Shown: piece after piece, positions 37,086 through 51,999 of the stretch
Layout of the letters: each line of letters opens with the position of its first letter
Numbering within the stretch: the stretch's first letter is position 1
Assembly: GCF_006345805.1 (NCBI RefSeq)
Contig: NC_043001.1
Coordinates: 19,220,001 to 19,284,000 of the forward strand
DNA from: Octopus sinensis
Taxonomy: Eukaryota
Reading direction: 5' to 3'
DNA: 64,000 bases
Made by a program: the position numbers and the translations under genes
Notes under the pieces: generated by a model
Told to the model about the DNA's origin: nothing
Database searches by the model: none
What the model saw: the letters and a program-made list of their open reading frames with translations, nothing else

Positions 37086-40000
37086 TATTTACATCCCCAT
37101 AACTTACTGGATTCACAAGAAGAAACTAATAGAATAAGTAACAGGCTTATCAACATAAAAAAGCACTACGCTGTGTCTCGTATTTTTGTTTGCTCACTCT
37201 GTTATATCTATCGATTTATCTTTGTGTGTGTATATACATATAATACACACACATATATACATGTATGTATATGTGTACAATCATATTTATTATATCAAAG
37301 ACAATGTCTTTACGTGTTCGTGTATTACTTATACATTCGAAAACTGCTGCACTGATCATAATGAAATTTGGAACACAAAATCGAAGGCTATGGAGAAGAG
37401 TAATGCTGTGTGTTTCATACAATTTCATGGACCAAAATTACTGAATGTATCCTTATGATATTTGAAGCTCAGATTCAATGCATAAGGGCGGGTATAATGC
37501 AATATGTTTGATTTGAATTTCAGATTGCTTAAAGGGGGCAGACACCCCATGAAAATTCATAAATTTTCGATGTTGATGAAATTTCAACCATGGGTAATTG
37601 ACACACATCAAGAAGTATCCTCAAAGTTTCCACTTCACATGAAGATTCTAAGACACCTTAACGGGGGCCTTACCTCCCAAATTTTAGTAATTTCTTTTAT
37701 GATCCAAAACTAAGTCAAAAGTACTGAATGGATCTTTACGAAATTTGGAAATTATATTCTATGCATATAAGGGCCACAACCTCCATGACAATTCATATAT
37801 TTTTGCTGTTGATGAAATTGTAACCATAGATATTAGATACAAATGAAGCAATATTTATAAAATTTCATCTTCTTACATGTTAGAAAGACCCGTTCATGGG
37901 AACTTAACACCCACAATTTTATCATTTTATCTAAGCAAAGACGAATAGTTGTACTCTTGGAAGATGTGGGGTCATCCGAGCATAGAAGATGAGCATTATT
38001 TGTAATTCAATGGTACAACAGTGTAAGAGTTTGCTTTGGCATACACTTAAATTGTGATTTTTGCAATGTGCTGCATAAATTGTCAAGTAAATGAGAGACA
38101 TCTTTGCCTCCACTGGTTCAGTTGCAAAGTGTTGAGTAAAGTTATTTGATTGCAGATCTCCTTTCAGTCTTTTTATTATCACTGGGTCACACATAGTCTC
38201 CACATAGTAAAATTGATTTCAAGGCCTTCTCAGATGAGTGACTGGTTATTCAAAGACATTTATAGATTGTATATTTATTCTGTCCAGTTACGTATCAGTA
38301 TAGTGGTCATTTGCAAACTCCAACTTTCATTTCTCCTTAGCCCTCACGTCACACAGTTGTTAATGTTTATTTCGATTGGGTTACGCCCTTCTAATTGCTA
38401 TAGATTCGTAATGCATCTTACGTTTGTGTCTGTCACCTGCATGGTGAGGAATACTACATTGGGAGTGGTAACGACTAGGGTACTGTAGCTGACTGCTTAT
38501 TGTGAATAAAATTTATTGAAAGATCAATCATATATATCAAATAACGTTCAGAACTTTCCGGACTACATAATAATATTTTCTAGAAGATTCCTAATGTCTG
38601 TGTGACTGGACGTTACAACTCAATGTCGACTCAACATAAACATGTTAAGTAAAAGAAAAGAAGGTGAGAAACTAATTTACTGAGCAGAGCGACATCGTTC
38701 TGTGTGTACTGCTCAGTGGCTCTTTAGTCTGAGGTTGAATTCGCCAACTTTTTATAAGCTTCGCACAATCTACTTAGCGGAAAAAACTAGCACACTTCCA
38801 ATGAAGTTCCTCGCATCGTCCATTATATGTCAATGAATTATGATCGGTTGAGTTATATTTGCATTGGTTCACGGCGACACATTGCTTTTTATGGCGGTAT
38901 GGCAGATCGTGGTCCTGAGCCGGAATAATCAAAAAAGTTACGGTTCAAAATTCAGCTGGAGACTCGACACATGTCAGACTAGTGTGTGTAGAGTTTTCCA
39001 GTCGGTTTCTCACCGGATTTATGTAATGGTTTGCCTGAATTGCTTAAACTGAATGGAGCATCAACGAAGTCTACGTTGATAATATTAGTCGCTGTGGTAA
39101 TATTTTGTGGCTATGAGGTTCTTTCCGAACGTGGCTAGAGCATGAACGGGATTATGATGCGACAATTCTAAACTGTCGTCTCGAAACAATCCAATTTACC
39201 CTCTATTAGGGGTCACTGCATATAGGCCGACTTAATACCATTTGGCTGCGCTGTCGAGTGAACCGCCAAATGACGCTTTTAAAAGCGTTTCCTGTGTGAA
39301 TGCAAAGCACGCAAGGCTTGCGTAAGCTTTATTGAATGAATGTAAAAAAATACAAATTGGATTTTATAAAATTATTTTCCATGTTTAGGAGAGACAGGCA
39401 TGGTATTGTTGTTGTTGCTGGTTGTGGTGGCAGTGGTGGCGGTGGCGGAGGGGGTTGGTGGGCTGCTGCTGCTGCTGATTTTGTTTCATGTGAAGATGGC
39501 AGAAAAGTTGGAAGACGGTAGCGGCGGCGGCGGTAGCGGCGGCGGCGGTAGCGGCGGTAGCGGCGGCGGCGGCGGCGGCGGCGGCGGTAGCGGCGGCGGC
39601 GGCGGCGGCGGCGGCGGTAGCGGCGGCGGCGGCGGCGGCGGCGCTAGTGCTACTAGCTGTTGTTGTTGTTGTTAAGCAACAAGACGGGTAAGGATGATTA
39701 AGGTGATGGTTTAGGGCTTAGGGGCGGGAGACCCCAGACCTTGGAAAAAAAAAACTTTGGTCGTAGTCGAGGGCTCTTCGTTGACGCCCGGCACCATTGG
39801 GAGGTGGCCCTCGAATTTCCTGGAAATGGAGATCTCCAGGTCCAAATTCTTGAACGGCTAGTGCTGCTAGTGATTATGGTGGTGATGCTGCTGTCTTCTT
39901 CCAATCAGGACTCACGCCATTAGCCACAAAGAATAATCTCTAATTCGAGCCTACTCTAAGCTACTAAGAATGCGTGTGGCAACTTGAAGATCCACCCACC

Positions 40001-41237
40001 ACACGTGATAGACTGGCGGTTGCACGGGTGCGAAAGCTACGTTGTTATCCTCATTCCGTAAAAGGTGGCTTTTAACGGGTGGAGAGCTGAACCATCAGAC
40101 TAGGGTCTGAAAGTTTACCACACCATAGTGGGTTACACCATGGTTCCTCTGCTTTGTGGCAGAAGTAGGAAGAAAAAGTGAGAGAAAGTTGTGGTGAAAG
40201 AGTACAGTGAGGTTCACCACCCTCCCCGCCGGAGCCTCGTGGAGCTTAGGTGTTTTTTGCTCAATAAACACTCACAATGCCCGGTCTGGGAATCGAAACC
40301 GCGTTCTTACGACCGCGAGTCCGCTGCCCTAACCACGGGGCCATTGCGCCTCCACTGATGCTGCTGTTATCGATGATGATGATGATGATGATGGAGGAGG
40401 GGGAAATGAAAGGTGGAATTAGTGATGTTTGTCGTGGATTATGGAAGGAGTATTGTGTAATGGTCGTCGAAGGCGATTCATGGCGTTCAGTTTTGTTATT
40501 GCGTATGAAATGCATGTTTGCGTATGACTGAATGAGCGCATCTTATAAACTGTACTATCTGGATGTTAAGCGAAGTGTTTTGTTTATCGTCTGGTTCTGT
40601 TATATTGTCATTTGCTCGTTTCATAGGAAGTGTAAATAGAGGGGAATGTCAGGAAAAATACTAGGAAACTCGTGAGTAAATGATCAGAAGGGAGTGGTTA
40701 GAAACAAAAAACAGAGAGAGGGGGAGAGCGAGACAGTTAGATAGAGAGAAACAGTGAGAGAGGGAAACAAAGAGAGAGAGAGAGAGAGAGAGAATCCGGT
40801 GGGAATTTTTGCTGTATTAATTATTTCTCTCCTCATTCTTTCATTGTTTAGTTTGTTTCTGTTTGTGGAGGTTGTTCAACCACAGAAGAGGCTTAAAACA
40901 TTTACAGTTAATATCTTGGCTAACTTTTCATTTTATTTCTATTTAATCCCGTTCAACCAAGGAGCCATCAATTTGAAACTATTTCTTAATTTTCTTTTTC
41001 TTTCTTTTTCTACTTATTGAACTGAAAATGGGAAAAGGTAAATATAATTTTCTAATTTTTTAAGGGCTTTTTTCCTCTTCGATTCCGTAAAATTTCTGAT
41101 CGATCTTTAATTCGTTAGCATTGTCAAGCACTTTCCCACCTTTGTTGTTGTTGTTGTTTTTGTTGTTGTTGTTCTTCTTCTTATTATTATTATTATTATT
41201 ATTCTTTTTCCTCCCCTCCTCCTCCTCCTCTTCTTCT

Positions 41238-41269
<32 letters not shown>

Positions 41270-43567
41270 TGCTTCTTCTTCTTCTTCTTCTTCTTTTTCT
41301 TCTTCTTCTGCTGTTGCTGTTGTTGTTGTTATTAAGCAACAAGACGGGTAAGGGTTATTAGTTGATGGTCTAGGGCTTAGGGGCGGGAAACCCAAGACCT
41401 TGGAAAAAAAAACTTTGGTCGTCTTGTAGTCGAGGGCTCTTCGTTGACGCCCGACACCACTGGGATGTGATCTTCGAAGTTCCTGGAAATGGAGATATCC
41501 AGGTCCAAATTCTTGAACGGCTGTCCTCGTGGTTGCTTAAATGGATGGCTGAGTATAAATGGTGAAAATATTTTGCTGCTATATCAAGCAGTTTAAAAAG
41601 CTCAAAAGCAGAGTTAATGAGATTTCTATAACAAGTCTGACTCCCTTGAACACAGTTGAGCACTGACTTTCAAATCAGAGCCTTTCTTCGTTGTACCTTG
41701 AAGTGATATAATTTCTGAGATTTACTCAAAAACTGCATTCCACCCACCATATGAATAATGAAAGTCTATCGATGCCCCAATTGTTTCACTTCTGTTCCCT
41801 TTTTACGGTGAACCCTTTTGTTACCATATTTCTGTTGAGATGCTCTGTGTTTCTTTCAATTAATTACAAATATAACCCAGCTATCATTAATCTAATGTTT
41901 GAAACATAAATCGTGACTAAGGTTTGGTGGAAGATTTTGACTCAGAACTTTTGAAAACAAAACATTTCTACTACAGAGCCAGAGGCGGTCTCAGCAGGGT
42001 TGGTATCGAAAGGGTTACTGAACTATTTTTGGTTTCTTGAAACCTTTTTGGCAGGTATGAGAGTTCATGAAAGTTATTGAAATTCTGCCGTCGCGAACAA
42101 ACGCTGATTCCTTTAGAATCTAGTTGCGATTTTCCCTTTTGACGGGCGTGGGCATGGCTTAGTGGTGAAGAAGCTCGCTTCGCATCCACTTGGTTCCGGG
42201 GTTCAGACCCACGACACAGTTTCTTGGGCAAGTATCTTCTACTGTAGCTCCTGCTGATCAATGCCTTGTGGGAGAATTTGGTTGATGGAAACTGGATGGA
42301 AGCCTGTCGTGTGTGTGTCTTTGTGTTCGTCGCTCATCACCTCTTGATAACCGGCGTCTGTTCATTTACATCTCAATAACTTAGCGATTCGGCAATAGTA
42401 ACGAAATAAGATAAATACCAGACTTTAAAAAAAAGGAGTATCGGGATTTCTTTGTTCGACTAAAACGCTTGAAGGTAGTGCTCCATCATGACCGCAGTCC
42501 AATGAAAAGTAAAGTAAAAGTATCGTTCTTGCATGAAAATCTAAATGATTTTCAGTAAAATTGAATCGGAGATGAAGCTCTCTATTGGGAAACTATGAAT
42601 TTCACCATTCAAGGAGTACGCAAGATTTTGAAATGTTGAGTACTAAAAATTTTGAAATGAAATACTGTCTTCTCTTATTATCATAACTCCATTCACACCT
42701 GTGATGCATTATAAGAAATTGCATTGAATACCATAGTCATCTTTCGACTGGAGCCTGCTTTGATTACCTTAACTTCCTTGATCGAATTAGAAAACGAGTT
42801 GAGTCATCTTTCTAATCGATTGGCGTCTTGCTCATCGTCAAAATATATTTTCGCTGTGACTCTACAAGTATTTCCAGGGTCATTGCTCTGATGAAATTTC
42901 TAGTCTGATACCTTCCGTCAAGACCTTAAAATGTGTCACCCGCTTCTCTTCCTAGGCGCATCATTTCTTCGTTGAACTTTCTGTTACTCTTAAGTCCTCT
43001 AATTCTAATAGCTATTCTCGAACTGATGCTTTCTAGAAGCAACTCTTATCATCATGTTCTTCTTTGGTTTTTGATGTTTAGTCCTTTAAGCTGTCAATCG
43101 AGAACATTTCAATTTGCACTCCCACAGCTTTTCTTCTTTGTAATTTCTTATGCCACAGGGGCCTCAACCCTTCTTTGCCACAAAATCGTATAAGTATAAA
43201 ATTATATGAATATTAAATCGACCTCATAGTTTAACTAGTACTAAACTTTATTCGCCCCGCAAGGGTAACTACTAAAGTTCACCTCGGCGTATTTGAACTC
43301 AAAACATAAAGAAACGTGAGTAAATGCTGCTGGTCTTTGATCCAAAGCGTTCCACTCTCGGCCGTCCCTTCTTTTTTAAGACAGTACGCTGTTATTTGCA
43401 AAAGGTTTGGCTGCTAGTTCTAGCAGATCGGACAACCACTTAGAAGCTTCTTTTCGTGGGTGTGCTTATCTGGTCATGTTCCCGATTATTTTCAAATATG
43501 TTTGGAGAGTCTACTCTCTCTCTCTCTCTCTTTTTCTCTCACACACTCTCTCTCACTCTTTCTCACA

Positions 43568-43619
<52 letters not shown>

Positions 43620-43701
43620 TGATGTTATTTATAACATTATCTCGAAGTTAATAAATTCTGATGACTTCAACAATGTGGTGCGTGTGTGTGTGTGTGTGTG
43701 T

Positions 43702-43780
<79 letters not shown>

Positions 43781-44589
43781 ATACACCAGAGGATACAACT
43801 CGAGTGTTGTGTTCCGGAGTGTAGCAGTTTGTGTAAAGTAGCGATTGGAATTATAGGACTTATGACTAACAACAGACTCAACAGAGAAATGATAAGTCAG
43901 GGAAGAGCATGTCCATTGTCCATTGTAGTAAGTAGCTTGCTTACGAACCAAATGGTTCCGGGTTCAGTCCCACAGCGCGGCACCTTGGGCAAGTGTCTTC
44001 TACTATAGCCTCGGCCCGACCAAAATCTTCCGAGTGGATTTGGTAGACGGAAACTGAAAGAAGCCCGTCGTATATATGTATGTATGTATGTATGTGTGTG
44101 TGTGTATATGTTTATGTGTCTGTTATTGCCCCCCCCCCCCAACATCACTTGACAACCGATGCTGGTGTGTTTACATCACCGTAACTTAGCAGTTCGGAAA
44201 AAGAGACCGATAGAATAAGTACTAGGCTTACAAAGAATAACTCCTGGGGGCGATTTGCTCGAATAAAGGCGGTGCTCCAGCATGGCCACAGTCAAAATGA
44301 CTGAAACAAGTAAGAGAAAGTAAAAAAAAGGAAGATATTGATATATATATCTGCCTCAACTATTTAAGGACAATAAGGGGTCCAAACCTCCATTTGAACC
44401 CCAACGTGGAAACTTCGAATATAACGCTGAGTTTGAAATAGTGCAATGTTGTCGATGCCTTAACCGCCAACCACAGTGATTCTGAAATTGCAGCCTTCAT
44501 AAATTTTGCCAGACCCTTCGTGTTTACGATCAGAAATGAGCTCCTGGCCCCGAGTGGGAATTTATGTTCCATCACCAAAAGCAAAAATA

Positions 44590-45065
44590 CAATAATCACT
44601 CGCCATATTGCAGTTCACCTATCGTGCCATCAGTATTTCGCGGATTTTCTGGCTCATATATGTAAATTTATATCGCGGACTCCTCATTATATAGCGGGTC
44701 TCTGCGGGCGATAGCTATTTATAGTCTTTTAGATTTTAATTATTTCTGTGGTAAAATAAGCGTTTTATCACCTAAAAATTAATAAGTTAATAAATGAAAA
44801 TACAGTACAGTACTGCACTGTATAACACATTAATTAAAATATATTAAAAGAAAATACGTAGTGTACCGTAGATAAATAAACAAAGAATCGTACATACTGT
44901 ATGAAAAACGAAACCCGGAAGGCGAGTGTGTGGTGTTGTTTTGCAATTATGATAAAATAGATATATACAGATTATAAAAATAATAATAAAATATACAGTA
45001 CAGAACTGTTTCCACTTCGCGGATTTTCACCTATCGCGGGGTATTTGGAACGTAATACACGTGAC
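44590..45065. mobile_element. pogo/Tigger-like non-autonomous remnant
   Basis: Recurrent TCGCGGATTTT and CACCTATCG subterminal motifs of the Tigger type. Confidence 0.4.
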
Positions 45066-45619
45066 AGTTGTACGCTCTCGATAGTCAGATATTGTCAGAA
45101 GAGTCGAGTTTGTCGAGTTTGTCCAGGCATCTTCAACAATGACCTCAGCAAGTGAATGACAGTCATTGCCTATCATCTTCACTTGCTGATGGCGCCCTGG
45201 GTTAGTTAGGCAAAATCGAATTTTTTGACAACATCTGACTATCGAGAGTGTAATTTTGCTTTTGGTCATAGAGTATACATTCCCGCTCGGGCCCAGGAAC
45301 TCTTTTTCTGATCTAAGATCTGAAAAGGGCCTGGGAAAATTTATGAAGGCTGCAACTCCAGAATCACGGTGGCTGGTGGATAAGGTATCGAAAGCAGCAT
45401 GCTTTTTCGCGGCCTGCGTTACATTCGAAGCTTCCACATTTGGGTTCAAAAGGGAGAGAGTATTTAGTTAAAGTTTGGATCACTTATGGTCCACAACGGT
45501 TTTTCCTAAATACTTGAGGCATATGTCTGTGTGTGTATGTGTGTGTGTGTGCGTGTGTGTGTGCGTGCGTGTGCGTGCGTGTGCGTTCGTGCGTGTGTGT
45601 TTGTATAAACGCACACACA

Positions 45620-47672
45620 TACATACATGCATAATGTCTGTCCACTCGTGACCGAGGAAGACCATTGCTGAACTTCAGGAACATTGTACGCTCTAGGACT
45701 AATATTTTGCATGTGTGGCTCCGTTGGTGGCTAATGAACCCTGCTCTTGACAAGCATACACGACTGTAAACCTTGCAAACCAAGATTTACCCCATTCACT
45801 ACACAAGCAGTGCGCTTTCGAATAGCGCGTTTAAGTTCTACATTCAGAATAGTGCTCTCTCAAAGGTATCGACCCCCTCCTTAACCTGCTTCCTCCCTCT
45901 GTGGCGATGACAGGCATTGCTCTCCCAGTCAGTCTCTTGCATATCGCAGACCTTTAATGAGGACGCAGTCCTTAAATCGCAGCCTTGGTTTCTGCCGCGG
46001 CCTCCTTCCATTCACAAGTTCCCCATATAGCATCTACTTAGGAATCCTTCTATCCTTCATTCTAATAAGTCCAACGTAACCGATGTTTGTGCACTCAAGA
46101 TATCAGCTGTTCTCAGGACCTGTGTCTGGAGGTTTAAAGGTCCAGCCAACATTGAGAATGTGTCTGAGACATCTCTGATGAAAGCGTTCAAGGACCCTTA
46201 CATGACAGTTGTAAAAGGTCCATGTTTTACATGAATGACGGAGCGATGTCAGTACACATGCACGGTACACAGCAATTTTTGTTTGCTTTGTGATGCCATG
46301 CTGGGACCAGACACGAGACTGAAGAGACCGGAAGAAATCAGTTGCTCTCTGCGGCCTGAAAGATATTTCATCATCCAGGGAGCAAGAACGGCTGAGTGTG
46401 CTGTCCAGGTAGATGACCTGTCTACCACTTTCAGAATTGTTCCCCCAACCAAGATAGCTGTTTCCACATATGAATTTTCTGGTGCAGGCTTGTCTAGCTT
46501 AATGCTGAGTCCAAATACTTTGCAAGAAGCAGAAATACGATTCATAAGTATTTGCATGTCATCCACTGAATGAGTGACTAAGTCAATCATCTGCATAAAT
46601 GAGGTCGCGAATAAGAGACTGGAAAACTTTTGAATTGGCAGCAAATCAGCGCAAATAAAAGAAGCGGCCAGAAGATCGATACCTGACATATATTCCCAGA
46701 GAGCTTACCTTAGCAAAAGCATGAGTAAAAGCAGCAGCAAAGTAAAATGGAAAGAGAGTTGGGGCAAGAATGTCACCCTGCTTGACACTATTCTCTATAG
46801 GAATGGGTCCCGCCGTGCCACCACCAGCATTGCCTCAAGCCTCCAGCCCATCATGAAATGATTTAGTTATAGATACAAAGTAATCCAGACATCCAAGTTT
46901 GCCAAGTACTTTCCATAGCAACGCCCTATTCACAATATCAAACATGTTGGTTAAATCAATGAATACCTGGACAGGATCCATATTCTACTCTTGGCACCTC
47001 TCCTACATCTGTCTTGCTGTGAAGATCATATCCATTGTCCCTCTACCAGATCAGAAGCCACATTGAGATTCAGATAGGACATTTACAAGACACTCATTCA
47101 GGCGAGTAAGAAGAATATTTGCCAAAACCTTGCCAGCAACTGATAGTAGAGCAATAGCACTGTAGTTACCACACATTATTCTGGCTCCCTTTCCTTTATA
47201 GAGAGGAAGAATAATTGCATCCTTCCAGTCCTTAGGCATTGCACCATCCCTCTAAACTACACTAATAAGTTCATGAAGGGACTGTATGTTGTAATCCCCA
47301 CCAAATTGAAAAACCCCAGCACAAATTCCATCCCATCCAGATACCCTACCAACATTCAGTTTACCTCAACTTTTGAGGGCGTGGAATTTAAGGAGCCAAT
47401 GATAGGTCTTTGTTGCATAGTATCTCTCACTGTTTCGTCCACAACTAACTCATGGTTTAGGAATTCGGAGAAGTGTTCAATCGAGCGACCTGTGATTTCT
47501 GTTGATTTAATAACTAGAATAGAAGACTCCTTGGAAAGCAAAGGAGCTGATGCGGGGCTCTTGGGCCCATAAACTTGCTTCATAAGATGGTAAAGCCTCT
47601 TGCTGTCATTTGCATCAGCAGCAGCCTGAACATCACGAGCAAGATCGTCCCACCAAGTGTTCTGCATCTTCC
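45620..47672 (-). mobile_element. RTE (BovB-like) LINE, degenerate; present in copy B only
   Basis: WKDAIILPLYKGKG..GNYSAIALLSVAGKVLA..ESQCGF, MNRISASCKVFGLSI and C-terminal CLSRAGFISHQRSH motifs. Confidence 0.88.
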
Positions 47673-49182
47673 TGGGAGATCGCTGCAGTAGTGATTTTAC
47701 ACTACTGTATGTATGTATGTATGTATGTGTGTGTGTGTGTGTGTATTGTATATCAAACCCAAGCTGTTATATTTAATTTGTTTATCCGCATAACTGCCTC
47801 CGTCTTATGCCCGTAATGAACCAAAGTGCTATATTGGAGACTGTTACCCTTTGTTCATGTGACCGGAACAACAGTCTAAAGAAAAAGGTCCCACTGCTTC
47901 TTGCAGTCGAACACCTTGTTCAGTCCTTCATCCTTTCACCCGTTTAATATTTTTATCCTCCATTTCTTTATTCCTTTTTCCCTACACCTCCTGCTCTCAC
48001 TTTCTCTTTCTCTCAGTCTCTCTTTCTCTCCCTCTCTTTTTCTCTCCCGCTCTCTTTCTCCCTTCTTACTTAATACTTTTTGAACAGGATCTCCAAAATA
48101 TCCTTCCCTAAGGCAATGAAAGTAACCTTTCGATTCTTGGTCTACCTCATAATAATAGAATTATATTTCTTTCTATAAAATAAGTTTTTTTCCTAAAGCT
48201 TTAGGATCAACACCACTAAAACCAACCATATGGCTGCGATATGTTGATGACACCTTTATACTCTGGTCCCACCAGGAAGATGTCCAAGTGCTGTTGGATC
48301 ATGTGAACTCAATAAAGCCATCCATACAGTTCACAATGGAAAAAGAAAAAGACAATCAGCTAGCATTCCTGAACGTATTATTAACACGCACCAAGATTCA
48401 AGACATCCGTTTACCGCAAACTGACCTTCACTGGACGATACCTTAACTTCAATTCCCACCATCCATACTGTGTAAAGAGTGGGATTACTCAGTGCCTAAA
48501 ACATCGAGCAAAGAATATAGGCAGCGATCGTGATACCCACCACGAAGAAATGATCAAGCTCAGTAACAATCTATTAAGCAACAACTACCCCAAAAACATA
48601 CTACCTACTCCAATTATGAAGAAAAGAGAGGATGAAACCAATAAACTGTCTACAGTCTGTCTACCCTATGTGAAAGGCCTCTCTGAAAATATACAGAAGA
48701 TATGCGGCCCATATGACACCAGGACAGTATTCAAGAGTAATATAACACTTCACAAATATCTCTTTCGAGTAAAACCACCAGTAGAAGGGAATATGACCAA
48801 AAACTGCATATACTCCATCCCATGCAGCTGTGGTAGGTTATACAAAGGCGAAACATGGTTTCCCCCTCAAAATAAGTGTACGGGAATATCACAAAGCTGT
48901 GACACGAGGAGATATTGATCAATCGGGTATAAGCTGATCATGTATGGAAAAATGGAGACCACTTCTCCCTGTGGGATGAATTTAAAATAATAGACAGAGA
49001 ACACCACTGGAAAATACGAAAACTAAAAGAAGCAGCACATATGCTAGGACACAACGACCTCCTAAGCAGACCGAGTGCAGATATGAATAGCATAGGGGAA
49101 TCAGTATTAAGGATAGGAAAATATTAGATTTATAAGCCCTAAAATTTCACTCCATTGGTTAAGAGCGCGGGCTACTAACCCC

Positions 49183-49277
<95 letters not shown>

Positions 49278-49745
49278 AAGACCAAAACAATAAAGTTTGC
49301 TTATTGATCGACATGAGCATCCCCTGTGATCATAATATCTCAGCGAAAGAGTTTGACAAGCTCAGAAAATATAAAGACCTACTCATTGAAATTGAGAAAA
49401 TGTGGCATCTCAAGGCGGTTACAATACCAGTGATCGTAGGAGCACTAGGAATGATCAAGAAGGGAACCGAAAATTATATGAGAATGATCCCTGGCTTACC
49501 ATCCCTGCAAGAAGTGCAAAAGATTGTCTTAACTGGTACATCACACGTACTGAGAAGAGCATTGTCGATGTGAGAACTGTTGCTGCTCATGTATTTTAAA
49601 TTAACTTTAAAAAAAAAAAAAAAGAAAATGAACGAACTACTGAGTTTGGTTTAATGGCCTACCAATGTATACTATGAGTTTCTTTGCCCTAGGAGTCGGG
49701 AAGACACTCGGCAAGAAATGGAAGCAAATTTGAAAGAAGAAAAAA

Positions 49746-49780
<35 letters not shown>

Positions 49781-49786
49781 AATAAC

Positions 49787-49819
<33 letters not shown>

Positions 49820-49825
49820 AATAAC

Positions 49826-49858
<33 letters not shown>

Positions 49859-49880
49859 AATAACAATAATAATAATAATA

Positions 49881-49947
<67 letters not shown>

Positions 49948-50711
49948 GATAATATCGAAAAATACCTTAGGAATGAGAAGCTAGGTTTGAAATTTCCCCA
50001 AGACACCTGATGAAGGCTGGAGGGTATATCAGCCGAAACGTTGTGTTAACAACAAACAAGATGAGGACAAATATCCGTCAAATGTAAATAATGAAAATGA
50101 TGTAAATAAAGTCCATAAGTTATTGTTATTTGCCACAGCAGATGAAAGGGTTTCTGATGGTATTGCCGAATAATTATTAGGGTTTGATTGTTTCTCTTCG
50201 GTGGCGAGCGGGAGAGCAGATTTGAGTTCATCAGGAAGGATTTAATTGAGAGAATAACATGAGACTAGCCATGACAGCCAGTCAGCAATCCATGTGTGTA
50301 ACTAAGAGGTTACGGAGGAGCGATAGAAAGACAGATGGAGGAAACAGCAAGTCTACTAACCTGAGATAGTGTGGACTAGTTTGCGGCGCCATACCGATCT
50401 GTGTGTGTTTTATTGTATGTTATTGTTGTTGTTAAGCAACAAGACGGGTAAGGGTGATTAGATGATGGTCTAGGGCTTAGGGGCGGGAGATCCCGGACCT
50501 TGGAAAAATTACACTTTGGTCGTCTTGTTGTAGTCGAAGGCTCCTCGTTGATGTCCGACACCACTGGGAGGTGGCCCTCGAAGTCGCTGGAAATGGAGAT
50601 CTCCAGGTCCAAATTGTTGGACGACTATTGTATGTTATGTAGTACTGTCTAGTACAAAGTATTACTCTTCCACGTAAGAGTCAAAAGAAAGCTACAATTT
50701 TATTTTTTCAG

Positions 50712-50900
50712 ATTTTACCATTTGTAATGCGAAAAAGAGCCTTCGTTTCCAAATTGATCCATGCAATTGCGCGAAATATTATAACGGTGGTACTTATATG
50801 GATTGTCCAGCTGGTACAATTGCGACATATGCAGGCTGTGAACGTGATGATAAACCATGTCAGAGTAAACCTTGGTTTCGATGCGGCATCAATATTCCAT
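50712..50900 (+). CDS. Receptor gene B, CBM14-like ectodomain exon (189 bp)
   Basis: ttttttcag|..|gtaagt. Reads FTICNAKKSLRFQIDPCNCAKYYNGGTYMDCPAGTIATYAGCERDDKPCQSKPWFRCGINIP. Confidence 0.85.
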
Positions 50901-51001
50901 GTAAGTTATGCAATCTGTAACATTACATTGAATTACACAACTACTTATTAATCCAATACTCAATCGTAAGTCACGCATGCGCACACACATATACACATAA
51001 T

Positions 51002-51155
<154 letters not shown>

Positions 51156-51958
51156 TGTATATATATATATAATTATTATTTGAGGGAATAAAATCCAAAC
51201 TTACAAGGAAAAAGAATTCAATTTAGAAATACTAAATCAAATTCCACACAATATAATATATATAAAATATTAGAAAAAAATACCTTCAATCAATTCAAAA
51301 TGAATAATTAAATTACACCATCTAGAAAATTATATATAATTGAAAAGTTAAAATTTAAAATAATTAAAATAACAATTAAGAAGTAAAGATTGAGTAAATT
51401 ACAAGAATAATGTAATGTATATAATAGGTAGAAAAACGACACGCGTTTCGCTGCTATATTGAAGAAATGATTATAGTAGTAGAGAAATCACTTGCATATA
51501 AATATAGTCGCTCATCGGGTTAAAATATAATAGAACAGTAAAATAATTAATTAATAAATATACTTTAATATATGCATATATATACACATATATATATAAA
51601 TATATATGTATATGAAAATTCTAAATATACATAATTGAAAGATAAAATGATAATTCAATAATTAAATACTTTAAAATTAAATAAAAAAACTCAAAGCTAT
51701 AAAAAGTCATTAAATTGTAATCAAAATAAGAAATGTTTCAAATATAGACTAATTCCTCACATAAGCTAACCATATAATAAATATACATGTGTAGTATCTA
51801 TGGATTTAATATTACAAACTATAACAAAATAGACTAAATATCAAATAATATAATACCTAATTAACTTCAATTTAATATTACAATTACATAATTCACCTAT
51901 ATAACAATAAATAATATAATATATTATATATATATGTGTGTGTGTATACATATATATA

Positions 51959-51999
<41 letters not shown>

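Noticed and set aside
37931-38480. Degenerate minus-strand coding-like segment (RAKEK.KLEFANDHY..DPVIIKRLKGDL)
   Set aside because: Multiple stops and no motif I can assign; possibly a decayed DNA transposase, which would need a profile search.
39400-39675. ORF MVLLLLLVVVAV..(GGGS)n..CCCCC
   Set aside because: Derived from GTT/GGT/GGC microsatellites and expanded relative to the paralog; no convincing splice context.
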